A DNA stretch of 64,000 nt from Pecten maximus (taxonomy: Eukaryota). The first letter of the stretch is position 1. Each line of letters starts with the position of its first letter. Both the position numbers and the translations under genes were made by a program. The stretch spans positions 1,302,001-1,366,000 of the forward strand of contig NC_047022.1 of the NCBI RefSeq assembly GCF_902652985.1, in the 5' to 3' direction. The notes beneath the pieces were generated by a model. The model worked only from the letters and a program-made list of their open reading frames with translations. It did no database searches and was not told the origin of the DNA. This document shows, piece after piece, positions 40,006-53,199 of the stretch.

Positions 40006-43000
40006 CCGCTGCCCAACTTTATTAAACTTCCGATCGAGTACATACTAAATAACAGATACGGAATCCGGGTACAATTTTCCGGATTTACTATAATATATTG
40101 CAATACTTTTACATAACAAATGACATAAACAATTCTCATACACAAATAGGCGTGAAATAAGTTGTGCTCCCCTTAATCTTTAGAGGTAATGCTGACTTAA
40201 CCTTATCTGACATACACTAAAGGTTAGCAAGCCAGGTGTCCTGACAGTTAAAACAATCTTGCACTGGCAAATAAGACAGTTTAGAATTGAGAGATAACTG
40301 AATTAAATTACCACTCAAATTTCGAGTCATTAGTTTACTCTTAACATTTAACATATCGAGTAACTAATATATACTTACGACCAAAAATAGACACACAGGC
40401 ACTAACAAATGGTGAGTTGTTGAATGTTATGATTATATGATGTAGGGGAACTTGTGTTCATTCCTTTGGCATGTATCTGAAAATAAAACTTGTTTTAACA
40501 AAAGAATGTTATCTTGAGAGCAGGACAGCCATAGTGTCAATGGCTACGATTAATTTGCTTCGTGATTAGAATTATGAAAAGTAATCAATGATAGAGAGCA
40601 GTAGTCAAGGGATTCGGGAACAAATTTAATGTGCCCTGAGGGCTAGATATACGTTTTGAAGTTTGGTACACCACTATGTGAAGATGTGATTGCAGTTTGA
40701 TAGCTGCATTCTTGGTGATTTGTGTGTTATTGACATTGAAGCTATTTGTCATAATTTAGTACTTCGCATAACAAATTATTTTAATTGGCAAGCAAAAGTA
40801 TTTCTTAAAGTGTCATCTGGATATTCGGCGGGGGGTTTTGAAAAATCATATACTACTTTGAGAAAATACTTGCCTTTCTTGCACATGTAGTTGGTGCATT
40901 ATGGACGTTAGCTATAGAGCATGAAAAGAGATGACTTAGTCCAGAGGAAATGTTTCTGTCATACACATATAGATATATATGCTTTATGAGTATTACTAGA
41001 TACAGAAAAAAAGATATACATTTTATTGTTATTATTTATCATCTATTATTTCCCTTGCACTTTTAAAGGAGAAACAATACGGCACCTTTTTGAATTGGCC
41101 ACTTCACGTAACATTTTACCATTGTATGATATTAACGGGTATTAATCGCAATTCTACATTATGGTGCATTAAAAGGGGAACGGGTAGCGCATGGCAACAG
41201 ATTGAGGTAACCAAACTTTAAGTAACTTTGTGATAACTTGCACCACGGGAAACTGATCAGCAGCTGCACTCTTCTTAGAAAAACGACGTATTCAAATATT
41301 GATTTACATCCCTGACCGTGCCGGTCAACATCAGTACCTGTATTAATGATATACTACAACTTTGATTTACATCCCTGACTGTACCGGTCAACACCAGTAC
41401 CTGTATTAATGATATACTACAACTTTGATTTACATCACTGACTGTACCGGTCAACATCAGTACCTGTATTAATGATATACTACAACTTTATTTACACCCC
41501 TGACCGTACTCGCTATGTTTTTCGTAGTGTACATTATACAATGATTGATATCATAACAAGTATGTTATCATTAATTATTTGTACAATTATTGTCCTTGAT
41601 TACACAAGTCATTCATAATAACCAATTATCTATGTTTAGTTTTAAACTAAAGTGACCATTTCTTTATTAAAATCTTGATGATTAAAGGTTCCTTGACGAT
41701 AGACAGTTTGAGCCCTACAGTATCTTTGCAAGCATAACAACAACAACAACAACAACAGCGTTTTAATTCCAACGCGCCGTAGTATAGTTGGGGACTTCCT
41801 GTATATACATAGACATGTACAGTCGCGGATATACGCTGACAGGTCCTGTATCTACATGTATCTGTCGGCCAGTAATGACAATACAACCCTTTTTCATTCG
41901 AACGCACCCCAGTGCACAGTTACAATTATACGTCCGGGTGGTTGTGTACGTATGGACATATGAGGACTAGTTTTTTTGTTACATTGGCTTGGCTTAGCTG
42001 TTGCAGATATGTGAAGATTTTAAACATAAATCTATAGTGCAATGTTTTATTCTAGTGACATATATTTTGCTTTGACACCATTTCAATGTTGGCTTGTAAG
42101 GCTTGAGATATAAACCATCCATGTGTAGAAAGGGAGTATGAGTAGGCCACAGTCGACTCGGATGAACACAGGCTTCCTGGTAAGTATAAAAACAGTCACA
42201 CAAACTAACACATTGTGAGCTTTTGAAACCGAAAGCTTTCACACATACACATTCGAACGACGTCATATGTTCATGTGTACAAGTATACTGGCATACATGC
42301 GTATGGGCATTTTATAGAGGTTTTGCATATAACGCCGGGGTGAGGACAAAACCCGGAATGCACTCCGGCGTGAAGAGACTTTTCATAATATTTTGTATAT
42401 ATTAGAACATATCTCCGTTATTACTGAATGGATTTTTGTTCGGACACCAGCAGTAAAAGGGTTGATTTATCCCCTTTAAAATGATGTCAGTTATATGTAA
42501 CAGTATTAAAAATTAGAAGTGAAAGTGGTGGCCGCCATCTTGGGTCAGAGGTCAAACGGTTAAACTTTTCTAAATAAAACATTAGCCTACATCTCTCACA
42601 ACATTTCGTCATTGAACGTCGACATTTGAAGGATATTTTTGTGTAAAAATCGATGGTTATTAATGGGGAAACTACTCAAATATTGTGTTCTACATATTTT
42701 GTGGTTTTCATTTGAAATACTAAATTATAATCATTAGAATTTGATACCGCGGTAATTCCAAATTTACATGAAAATTAATCACCAATAGTAGGCCTATAGG
42801 CCTAGCTATAATTTGAGGATGAAGCTTCGTGTGCATTTCATCAACCCCACATGCACGGGTATAAGTTTAGCTTTTAAATAGTTTAGCAAACAAATTTAAT
42901 ATTTTTGAATCCCCTTCCATCGAGAAAAATAGTTAAAAAGAGCGGTTTGGGGCTTTGCCGTTGAATATTTTTCTTCATATATACGTCTATATCCCGGCTA

Positions 43001-45819
43001 ACAGATAATATAAAGACATGTTATGATATTTTTGCGACATGTTATAATAATTTGGGGACATATTTATAATTTGGAGACATGTTATGATAATTCGGAGACA
43101 TGTTATGATAATTTGGAGACATGTTATGATTATTTGGAGACATGTTATGATAATGTGGAGACATGTTATGATGATGTGGAGATATGTTATAATAATTTGG
43201 AGATATAAAATGATAATTTGGAGACATGTTATACTAATTCGGAGACCTGTTCTGATAATTTGGAGACATGTTATGATAGTTTGGAGATATATTATTATGA
43301 TTTTGAGACATGTTAAGTTAATTTGGAGACATGTTATACTAATTAAGAGACATGTTAGAGTAATTGCGACACATGTAAGAATAATTATGAGACATGTTAT
43401 GATAATTTGGAGACATGTTATGATAATTTGGAGACATGTTATGATAATGTGGAGACATGTTATGATAATGTGGAGACATGTTATGATAATTTGGAGACAT
43501 GCTACGATAATTTGGTGTTATGCTATAATAACATACTTCGTTATTGCAGATGCATGACATTACCAAACGATGCCTTTACCTTTCAACATGAGGAACACGT
43601 AGTTGAATTTTCTAAAGGATTCCACACCGTGTAAATGATGACTGGAGATTTCATGATGAATCAACATGTGAAGTGAATTGTATTCGTGAAGAGATGACAG
43701 CATTTTCCAGCAGGCTTTGGTAGTAGATATAAAACACCTCCTATAAGGTAAGATATTTACATTTACTCTGCAGTGTCGATCACTATATATATCTGGTAAG
43801 TTCCGTTTTGGGTTATAGACTATGGATCGATCTGAGTATGAACACAAACGTGATATGCATGCAAATAACAATATCACACTTGCACACAACTTCAAACCTT
43901 TCACTATATTCATTGTTGAGAACTTAGGAATTAGATAATCATTATTAAAATCCCCGTTAAAACTGATTGATGCAATAAACCAGTCTCCAGGATACACATT
44001 TCCTTTATATGATATGTTTTATCCTGGCAATTCTGGTTAGCCCCATTCCCATATTTAATAATTTTTAATTTTTGTATACAAATGAAAAGGAGACTTGGCT
44101 AAACTTTGTGTTCAGATGACACGGCTAAAGACACTTCCCTGAAAGCACTCGCGGTAGCTAGCGTGCACACGCGGTCTATGTCGGTAGAATGTCAAGAAAT
44201 ATCAGCATGCATTGAAGGCAAGTTCCTATTTACATGATTGTAGAAAAAAAACTTTGTTTACTACTTGTGAAAGATCCGCCACAATGTTATTATTATTCGG
44301 AGCCTTTTTAGACCTCAGATTCAAAGCGTTCGTTAAATTCAACCTGATATCAAACGTGTTTCAGATAGTTTGATTTAATCTGAGTGTTTATTAGTCCCCT
44401 ACCGATGAGTCCGAATGGAGTATAGGTTTCCTCCCCGTCCGTCCGTCCGTCCGTTCGTCCGTCAACTCAGGTTTCCACACTTCTTTCAGTCATGCTTCGA
44501 GATATGTTGGTGATTGAAGGTATGATGTAACTTCAATGTTTCAAGATTTTTTGGGTCAAGGTCAGGGGTCACTTATATTTTAAGCAGGGGCAGTAGGGGT
44601 CATATATTGCTTTAACAATACTCTCAGAATGCTTGTTTGCAAAATTTACAATACAACTACATCAAATTGTAATTACTAATCGTGACAGATGGATATGACA
44701 ATATAAGCTTATAAGATTTACTGAAGTAGAGTCCTACAACAGATACTGCGTTCTCATCATAAATACTTTTTAAACCTTCATGAGGTCATAACAATATTGG
44801 CTTCTGGACATATCCCATGAATCGCCTATATTGTCCAAGATATTTTTTCAAACTTTCAAAATGGTTTATTGCTGTATAATTAGTAAACTCAATAGTATTC
44901 TTGCCACATAAACCTTCCTTCAGAACAATCTAGATATGGCACGTGCTGATTTACATATAATCAGCATAATTTTCTGTTATTGACAGTGACTCGAGTTATT
45001 GATATGTTAGCCGATATGATGGACAGAATAATGCTAGGTAATCATGCGCCGCATCGTCACAGAAACACACGTTCTCATTCCACGAAGTATTTGTTTGTTA
45101 TTTCATTGTTTGCGTCATGTTTTTATGTAATTGAATATCTGTTTAAGATAAATAGATTATAGAAAAATAAATTACCTACTTTATCTGAACTAAGTTTTTC
45201 AATGAGTTAGTTGACAAGATGACCTAACTTATATATACTCTAGTCGAGATGCGTTTTCATTGCGGCTTTGGAAAGCCACTTCATGGGATAATAAGAATGG
45301 CCTTCATCCGTCGAATACGCGTTTTTTATTCATATTTCTAAACTGACTGGGAACACAGATTTTTTATGCTTAAATGATGTGGAATATTTGTGATTGGTTG
45401 TGTCTTCATCTCCTTTGATGTTGTCGGGATTTAACTCTACGGATATTCCGATAGCAATACAAAAATATAACGGTGTGGATAATATAGAAACATGACGGAT
45501 CTGGCACTTTGATCAATATAGTTCATTCGATATATATTTTTTTCAAAATTCCTGAACTGATATTAATGCACAGTTTTCAACCTAAGATAAACATTGTAAA
45601 TATATGTCAAGATTTTTGAAATTCATTATATTGCTCTATGACTTTGTACTCGCAACTATATTATATAACTTACAAATGTAGGTACACAAACAGCGGTATT
45701 AAGCCAACTATTTCCTGTCGACAGAATAGCGAATAGATAAGGTAATATACAATATACCAGGTAAGAACAATAAAAGACAAAATATTTTGTTTGTTTTCAG
45801 AGTATAAGCCACCTCCAGC

Positions 45820-48800
45820 ATGGCTACAAACATGCCTACCGAGGTTATTAGTATCCATAACGACATGGTTTTGGAGTTGAGTGACAATATGACAGGTCCG
45901 GAGCTGGATAGACTCAAACATCTTCTGGGGGACGATACACTTACTCCGGCTGATAAGGAAAAAATAGAAACAGTACAACAGCTGTTTATTTGCCTGATGG
46001 ACAAAATATTTATTTCTTATGGAAATTATGAAAAATTAATACCAAAACTGAAGCGAATAAAACCGTCACTGTGTTTAATCGTCAACAGATATACAAAAGA
46101 ACGGAACACAATACTCAAACTAAAGGAAGATAAAGGTTGGTAGCATTTTACTTTATTTGGTTTGATGAGGTTTACATGGTTGTGTGTGTATATTTTATAA
46201 TTTAAAACTTATTGTAATACACTTAATTGGTGTATTTATAAATAATGTGTTGATCTTACCATGTTCTTTTCTTTTTTGCATTAATTTGGCATTTAGTGGT
46301 GATACAATTCAGTTAGTCCTGCATGTCCAACAGCTAAAACATAGAAAATATTCTAGAAGGTTTGAAAATTTCAAAAATGTTTCAATAGTTAGTAAACAAA
46401 TGATAAAATTGTATCAACAATATGCATGACTCTTTTACTGCAGAAGAAATAGTTATTTCCATGGATAGGCCCGTATATACTACGAAGGAAGGATCCGAAG
46501 CTTCTTTCTTAACCTGTACAGTACATCCTGTACCAGAAAACATCGAATGGAGAAAGGACAAAAGTACACAATCATGGCAAAAAGTTCTTAGTGACAATCG
46601 GAAGTACTTTTATGGTGAGAAAACGCCTACACTTGTGATAAGATACCCGAACAAACCAATGGATGAAGGCAACTACCAATGCATGGCAGAAACCCGTGGA
46701 AAAGAAGTGGCTGGTGATATCGTCCATCTGAAAGTGTGTAAGTATCAAATACACACACACGCACATTATAAGTATAATCTTTTATTTACGGACAAGTTAT
46801 TAAGTACTGAATTCGGTCATAAAAGATTATGTATATGCCGATTTTGCGACAAATGCATTGTTTATATATTATCATCACAAACTGAGAATTATTTCTAGAC
46901 TATGTTCTCTTTCCTTTCGTGTCTACCTGAAAACATGAATTCTTTCTCATTCAGTTTTTGTCAAATTGTTAATTTCTGATATTACACAGATAAATTAAAT
47001 TAATAATTATTTCATTTATTTCTTTTTGTTGTTCCGGTCACATTATGCATAAAAAGTGCGAACAAAGAGTGTTTCGTTTGATAATCATTTGACATTTTTT
47101 TTAATATTTTTCCCTGCAGTGGCTAAGAAATCAAAAATACGCAAAACTACAACCAACATGACGAGGCAAAGCGATGATCCCATTGACAGGAGGTAACATT
47201 TTTTTTCAGTGATATAGGCAAATCAATAAAGATTATCTAAAAACATCGTAATTAAAGAATGGAGTATACAGTATCAAGAATTAGATAGTATACATTTGTA
47301 GCGAAAAACGTAATATCATACAATAAAAGATGACATATTTGATATCGTTCTTTTTATTTTAATTGTACTTACAGCCAAATTAAATTCGAGTTTATTGATG
47401 TAAGAATTGACGGGGGATGCTATTTTAAATTAGAATTTATTTATGTAAGAATTGACGGGGATAAATTATACATTAAATTCGAATTGACGAGTATAAATCA
47501 TATATTAAATTCGAGTTTATCTATGATTCATGTTTGAATGAAGAAATCAAATTTTGTTTTTATTTCAGAAAAGAATTATAGCTTAAACTATAATTTTTTT
47601 AAATGTTTTAAAACAGGAGTAAATATTCAGTTCTTCCTTCCATCTCTGTTTGCAATTTCCGTTATGTGACATCAAGTTTAATATATATTTGATGAGTACA
47701 ATGCATTTTTCATTTCAGTGAAACAGAAGATCAGTCACAGCCTGCTGGCGGTAAAAGAGGTACGCTATGTGTTAACGGTGATCATTTCAGATATAATAAA
47801 ATGTATACACACAGACAAAAATATAGTACCTACATTCTGATATAGTCAATCTGTTAATCTGGTCGTTATATGCTCAACATTTGAATTCTTTCATTGAAAG
47901 CAAGTTGTATTGCTTTATTTGAAATTTTATATATTTGGTAATGTATTAAATTGTTTGTTTGAAGCCACTGTTTGCCAAACCGACCAAGGTAGCCGGATGT
48001 TTTTCAATGTGAACACTGACATTGACATTACAAGACAAGCGTCAGAAACGGACATTTCTGACACATTTACAAGAGTAACACGTCAGTCAGAACGTTTGCG
48101 GAAAGCTAAATTGAAAAAAAGTATGTATTAATGCACGCTTAATTAGAACATGCATATGAACGGAATTAAAAACGAAAAGAAAAGAACCAGGCATAAGTTG
48201 ATTTCATATTTTGGTGTTTTCATCACCTATATGTTTACGTGGCAACATTTTTTTTCAGAATGCATCCAAGTATGTTTAGATATCACTGCTGCTAGGAGTG
48301 CATCAGAACCATCTTCTCTACATCTCGCTGAAGAGTTTAAACATTATCTATTGGAAGGTGGCACCATACAGCTAACTGACGAATCACAGACAGTGTTACA
48401 AATAGTCAAGGACAGTTTCGAGATAACACCAGAAACTACACCAGAGGATGGTAAGTACATATGTATAGCTTGTGAAAGCTGAGTATCCAATACATTTTCT
48501 GACATATTTTCCTACTGGTAAATCACCGTTTACAGCACTTTTAACGTTTCAAATGTGTGTCTCATTACCAAACATGACATGTGTATCCTTACAATCGAAT
48601 CCCATACACTTAATGGACGAATCACACACAGTGTTAGAACAAGATAATTTACAGATAACAACACAACATGCAGTTAAAGCTAGTAAGTGAATACAGCATT
48701 TCCCATTGGTTAATTGCAATTTTACAGCTGTGCATGTACATTTTTTGTTTCAAATATCATTTCTTCAATACAGTGCATGGTACACGTATTCTTATTATCT

Positions 48801-49656
48801 ATTGCGAAGACACAGTTTTAATGAGGGAAAATTGTTGTTTAATACCAGAAGCCATATTATTATCATCAGATTCATGAACTGGTCCAGGTTACATTTACAT
48901 CGTGTTTATATAAACAGTAATTTTCTATCTGTATACACAATGAAAATGTTATGAAATTCAAAAGATGTCATTCAAATAGTATGTACATGTATTATATTTT
49001 TGTCTGCTAACTTCCTTTGGTTTTGCCTTTTAAGTCTTCAAATAGTTGATCCGGTTATTGATGGTCTGCACATCCTTAAAATGCAACATTTTACCTATAT
49101 AATGTTATTTTTAGAATTTTTGTTAAATTGACATCTACATGTATTTTCACAGAAAAACATATTTTTTGAAGAGATAGTTCTTAGAGTGTAATGTATTTGT
49201 TGATTATTATGATAATCTGCCTCCAAGAAATTGAACATTTAAAGTTTCTGATACACTTACAATGTTTCAACAAATCAAAATCGTGTGAATGGCAGTGTAT
49301 GATGATATGTTTCACCTTACTTTAAATATATATTTAATGGATATGTCCTTTATTAGGTTCTCCATATGTAAACATCAGTCATAGCCAGTTCACTGTTCCC
49401 GTCGGGAAAACGGCAATCATCCAAACGTACGTCATCAGCTCATCAGAAGTTACATCAATTCAGTGGTTTAAAAAAGAAGACGATGAAGACATTCCAATAG
49501 CATTTGACAACAAACAGTACTTTGGAGGCTCAATTCTTTCTCCAACATTAATTATCCGTAAAACAACCATCAGCGATCACGGACAGTACCTGTGTACAGC
49601 TACCAACTGTAACGGAACAGGTTTGAGTAACATGACGGTCCTGTCTCTACAATCAG
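45820..49656 (+). CDS. DED-like + Ig + linker + Ig multi-exon cassette, copy 2 (open, ~506 codons, no stop)
   Basis: Exons 45820-46135, 46444-46737, 47120-47192, 47719-47759, 47965-48120, 48259-48450, 48536-48682 and 49357-49656. All are GT-AG bounded, phase-consistent and stop-free. The chain ends in phase 1. Confidence 0.78.
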
Positions 49657-49761
49657 GTAAATATTATCTTATTTCAAATGGTGAACAAAAATTCATCTCT
49701 TCATCATATGATCTGCCTTTTTATCTAAGGATTACCACAAATGTATTTAGAGACAAATATG

Positions 49762-51181
49762 CCCAGTGGGCACACAACGTCTGGAGAACGTTGCAGTTAC
49801 GTCAGGATGCAACGTTGCATTTAGGTTATAGTAAGGTTGCAAATGAAAATTTGGGGAACGTTTTCAAACAACGTTCCCACAACGTTACTGTGTTACGATG
49901 TGGCAACGTTTTATTTACGTTGTATAGACGTTGTCACAACGTCGTATTATTTTATTTTCTACTATTGCTGCCTATGTACAACAAAAACTCAAGTTGTTTT
50001 ATACAGTATTTTAATGTCTTTATTTCCATGTGTCCATGTGCTTGCACTCCTCCCATCACTCCTATCTGATGTCTCCGATTACCTCGGTGCATCCAGTTAT
50101 CTCCATTAAATCTGTAAATAGAAAAACAACCAAAACAATAATTATTGATATACCGTAAACTTTTTGGCAATATATCATAACGTATGTGTTCGGTTAACAA
50201 ATATGCGTGAAACTAAACTTATGCCCGGTGATACCAAAAACGTACATCCGTTGTACGTACGTACGTGAAGATAAATTATAACATGCCCGCGATCTATTTG
50301 TAAATAAACACAAGTCAAAATCAAACTCCGTATAATAGAAAATACGAATCATATAGAACTTACCTTGAATTACTTATCTGTATTCGGGAAGAAAGCTGAT
50401 TCCATACGTTATTTTGAAAGCAAATACATAATCCAGTACAGCAAGTCAACAGTCCGATTGAAATGTGTGTGTGTTGGGCCCACGTGTGTTTGCAGAACAA
50501 AGAACCGGAAGTTAAAATTACCGCGCAAATATTAATACCCTTTTTTCTTCTCTCTGTCTATTTCTTTTCCCGAAAAAAAATCGCAACAGTTTCAACCAAA
50601 ACATGATATTTTCATGCAGTTTAAACTGAAATTAAGTCGTTTAAAAAAATGTTTTTGAAACGAATGTGAATGTTTGTATTGCCCCCTGGCGGATATATAT
50701 TGCAACATAAAGGGAGGTAACACCGATTTGTTATCGTAACCTCGGAAGTTCGAGTTTGATCACATTTATTGGTATAAAAGGAGGTCTAACAGCAAAATAG
50801 GACCAGGAAAGGATCAATGATCGATATATGTTATTAGGGCACATTATAAGCGACGTAGGTTGCTTTTAAAATAATCTAAACAGATTCATTATTGACAAAT
50901 AAAATTTCGAGCCAATTAGATAATTAAATTTATCATGAAATTTTATGTTTTCGTTCGGTATGTCTTTGGCATTTGTGTAAACTTGCAACCCGTTTAAAAT
51001 TAACAACACATATACAAAGTTTGCATTAAAACCTTGTGACAACGTTGTTACAACGTCACAAGCTAACGTTGTACTAACGTTTGACATGAAACGTTCTCAC
51101 AACGTTGTAGGAAAGTCCCGGACGTTGTGACCTGAATAGGACGTTTTCCGGACGTTCTCCGAACGTTTTGTGTCCACTGGG
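49762..51181. mobile_element. Non-autonomous CACTA/EnSpm (CMC)-type DNA transposon, 1420 bp; right arm only
   Basis: TIR CCCAGTGGGCACACAACGT / ACGTTTTGTGTCCACTGGG, 2-bp TSD TG, many subterminal AACGTT repeats. The empty site is at ~5440. Confidence 0.85.
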
Positions 51182-52390
51182 TGAGTTATGTGAATACCAT
51201 CAATATTTTATGCAGCATAATGAAATCACATGGATGGTGTTATGTTTTAAATTATTTGAGTTATAATTACGGTTTCGTTATCAGCGACAAGGGTTATGTA
51301 TGGTGGCAGTTTATTGAGTTAGGTCAAGGGTCATAGGTCAAGGGGTCATGATCACGGTCATGACAGGTCAGGTCAAGATATGGCGGAAGCAGTTTGTGGT
51401 GGCGGGTCAGATATGCTGGCAGACAGTTTATGGTGGTGTTCAGAGTTTGGTGACAAGGCAGTTTGACAGTGATTATAGGTATTTATATCCCCCGTACAAC
51501 AGTTTAAAAGGAATTATCAAGTGGGCAAAAACTTATTGTATTTAAACACTTATGAATAGCGTCACGTAATGTTTAGAAAGGTCCCTTCTTATCATGATCA
51601 ACGGTAATCCAATCAGCCGAAAACAACAAGACAGACAAACGTTCATATATCCCTATATAATACGCTCTCCTCAAGAGCATCCAAGAGGATCAGATCAAAG
51701 GATCGAGTTCCCCTGTAAGGTAGGAAAAGGGGCTACCTTCTTTTACGTTTAGCTATAACATTCCCCTAGAATTGTACAGCTGATTCAATTACATCAGAAC
51801 TATTATAGGCCAAATTTTTTTGTGCTAATGTTTCATTCATTCCAGGTTTATCATTTAACTGTAAACAAGAAAGATAAAAAGGAAATTTAAAAAATAAAAC
51901 GACACAAAAGAAAATGGTTTATTAGTTGGTTCAGTTACCACAAAAAATGCTCTTGGTAAATCACTTTTTGCGGCACAGATGGAAGGATAAACATCGATCA
52001 AAATGAAACACAGATGAAATGTATGTATTAAATCATATTCTCGAGCTCATTTACTCCGGCATGAAAAAAGATAAACATTGGAACCATTTTGCCGGTGTGC
52101 TTCCGTTCAAACAGTCCACACCATGAGAACAAGTACCAAAATAAGTCGCTAGTGTTTCCGCATAAAGAGCAACAGGTATCTCAATGGAACATTTACGACA
52201 AACATTTCTGGACCGACTGTGGGAAAAAGTTTTTAGTCAAGATGCTCCTTCAACACTGCACAGAATTTACTTCCACCACAGTGAATCATATGGCTTTATA
52301 AAAGATGGCAGCCTCTGTGTGATATTATCAATACAACTGTTTCACCAGAAGTAGAGTTCATACAAGGAACTCATATATATATATATATAG

Positions 52391-53193
52391 CATTATATTT
52401 GTGTAACTGTTCCATGTTCTATGTCTATATGTGATCGTATGTAATTTACCTGTGTCTTGATAAAGGGGCAGATTGCCTCGAAAATTTGACAATTTACTTG
52501 TCTGTACTGTCGTTATTACTACTTGATATATATATATAAGGGTCAAAGAAGTAATATGAACAGTATAATCCAGATAACGCTGGATCCTCACATAAATGTA
52601 TGGAAGATACGAATTCCTTGTAATGATTATATGGGGCAAAGAAGTAATTCAAACAGTGTAAACAATAAGGTTTGTTAAATTTTCGAGGCAATCCGCCCCT
52701 TTATCAAAACACAGAAAATTACAAATACAATCACATAATATATATAAGAAGTACTGGAAATACAATAAAATACAATAAGAATAATGTTTTAGTAATAAGA
52801 GAAACCACAATGAACCCTTCGGCAAACGTGGGCCGAAGGCGGATAGTTAGCGTGACTGCATCATGTTCATCACTAGAACGCTATGCGACCAACGGTAGAG
52901 ATATTTTGAATTCCCCCGCACGTGAAAGTATATCGAAGAGATAACATGTGTTATCGTGTTGCTGGACGACAACACGATATGCCAGTGTTTCTGGAAGATT
53001 GTTGACAATGCGGGCATGCCCGGATGAAAGGTTACCACACAAGGTACTCTTCCAGTTTTCGGCCTGTCTTTGTATTCCAGTGTACTCGCCCTGTCCAAGT
53101 CTTTCACCCTATCAATTTCACGATCTATTAGGGCTGCGCCATATCCTCTATCCCATCTTCTCAATAGAGGATATAGCGCAGCCCTAATAGATC
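52391..53193 (-). mobile_element. Penelope-like retroelement fragment with an inverted pLTR pair
   Basis: RGYGAALIDREI...RVPCVVTFHPGMPALSTIFQKHWHIV resembles the PLE thumb/linker region. Inverted repeats at ~52420-52495 and ~52670-52740. Abuts (TA)n and has a fold-back at 53122-53193. Confidence 0.75.
52453..52491 (+). ncRNA. Putative minimal hammerhead ribozyme motif (Penelope pLTR type)
   Basis: TGTC-TTGATAAA-GGGGCA-gat-TGCCTC-GAAA-ATTT-GACA. A second copy lies on the minus strand at ~52673-52712. The core is non-canonical. Confidence 0.45.
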
Positions 53194-53199
53194 ACGCCG

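Larger units (their letters stand above)
37113..52390. repeat. Right arm of the large inverted duplication (partner 4253-21554)
   Basis: Reverse-complement colinearity with the left arm, with arm-specific indels. Confidence 0.95.
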
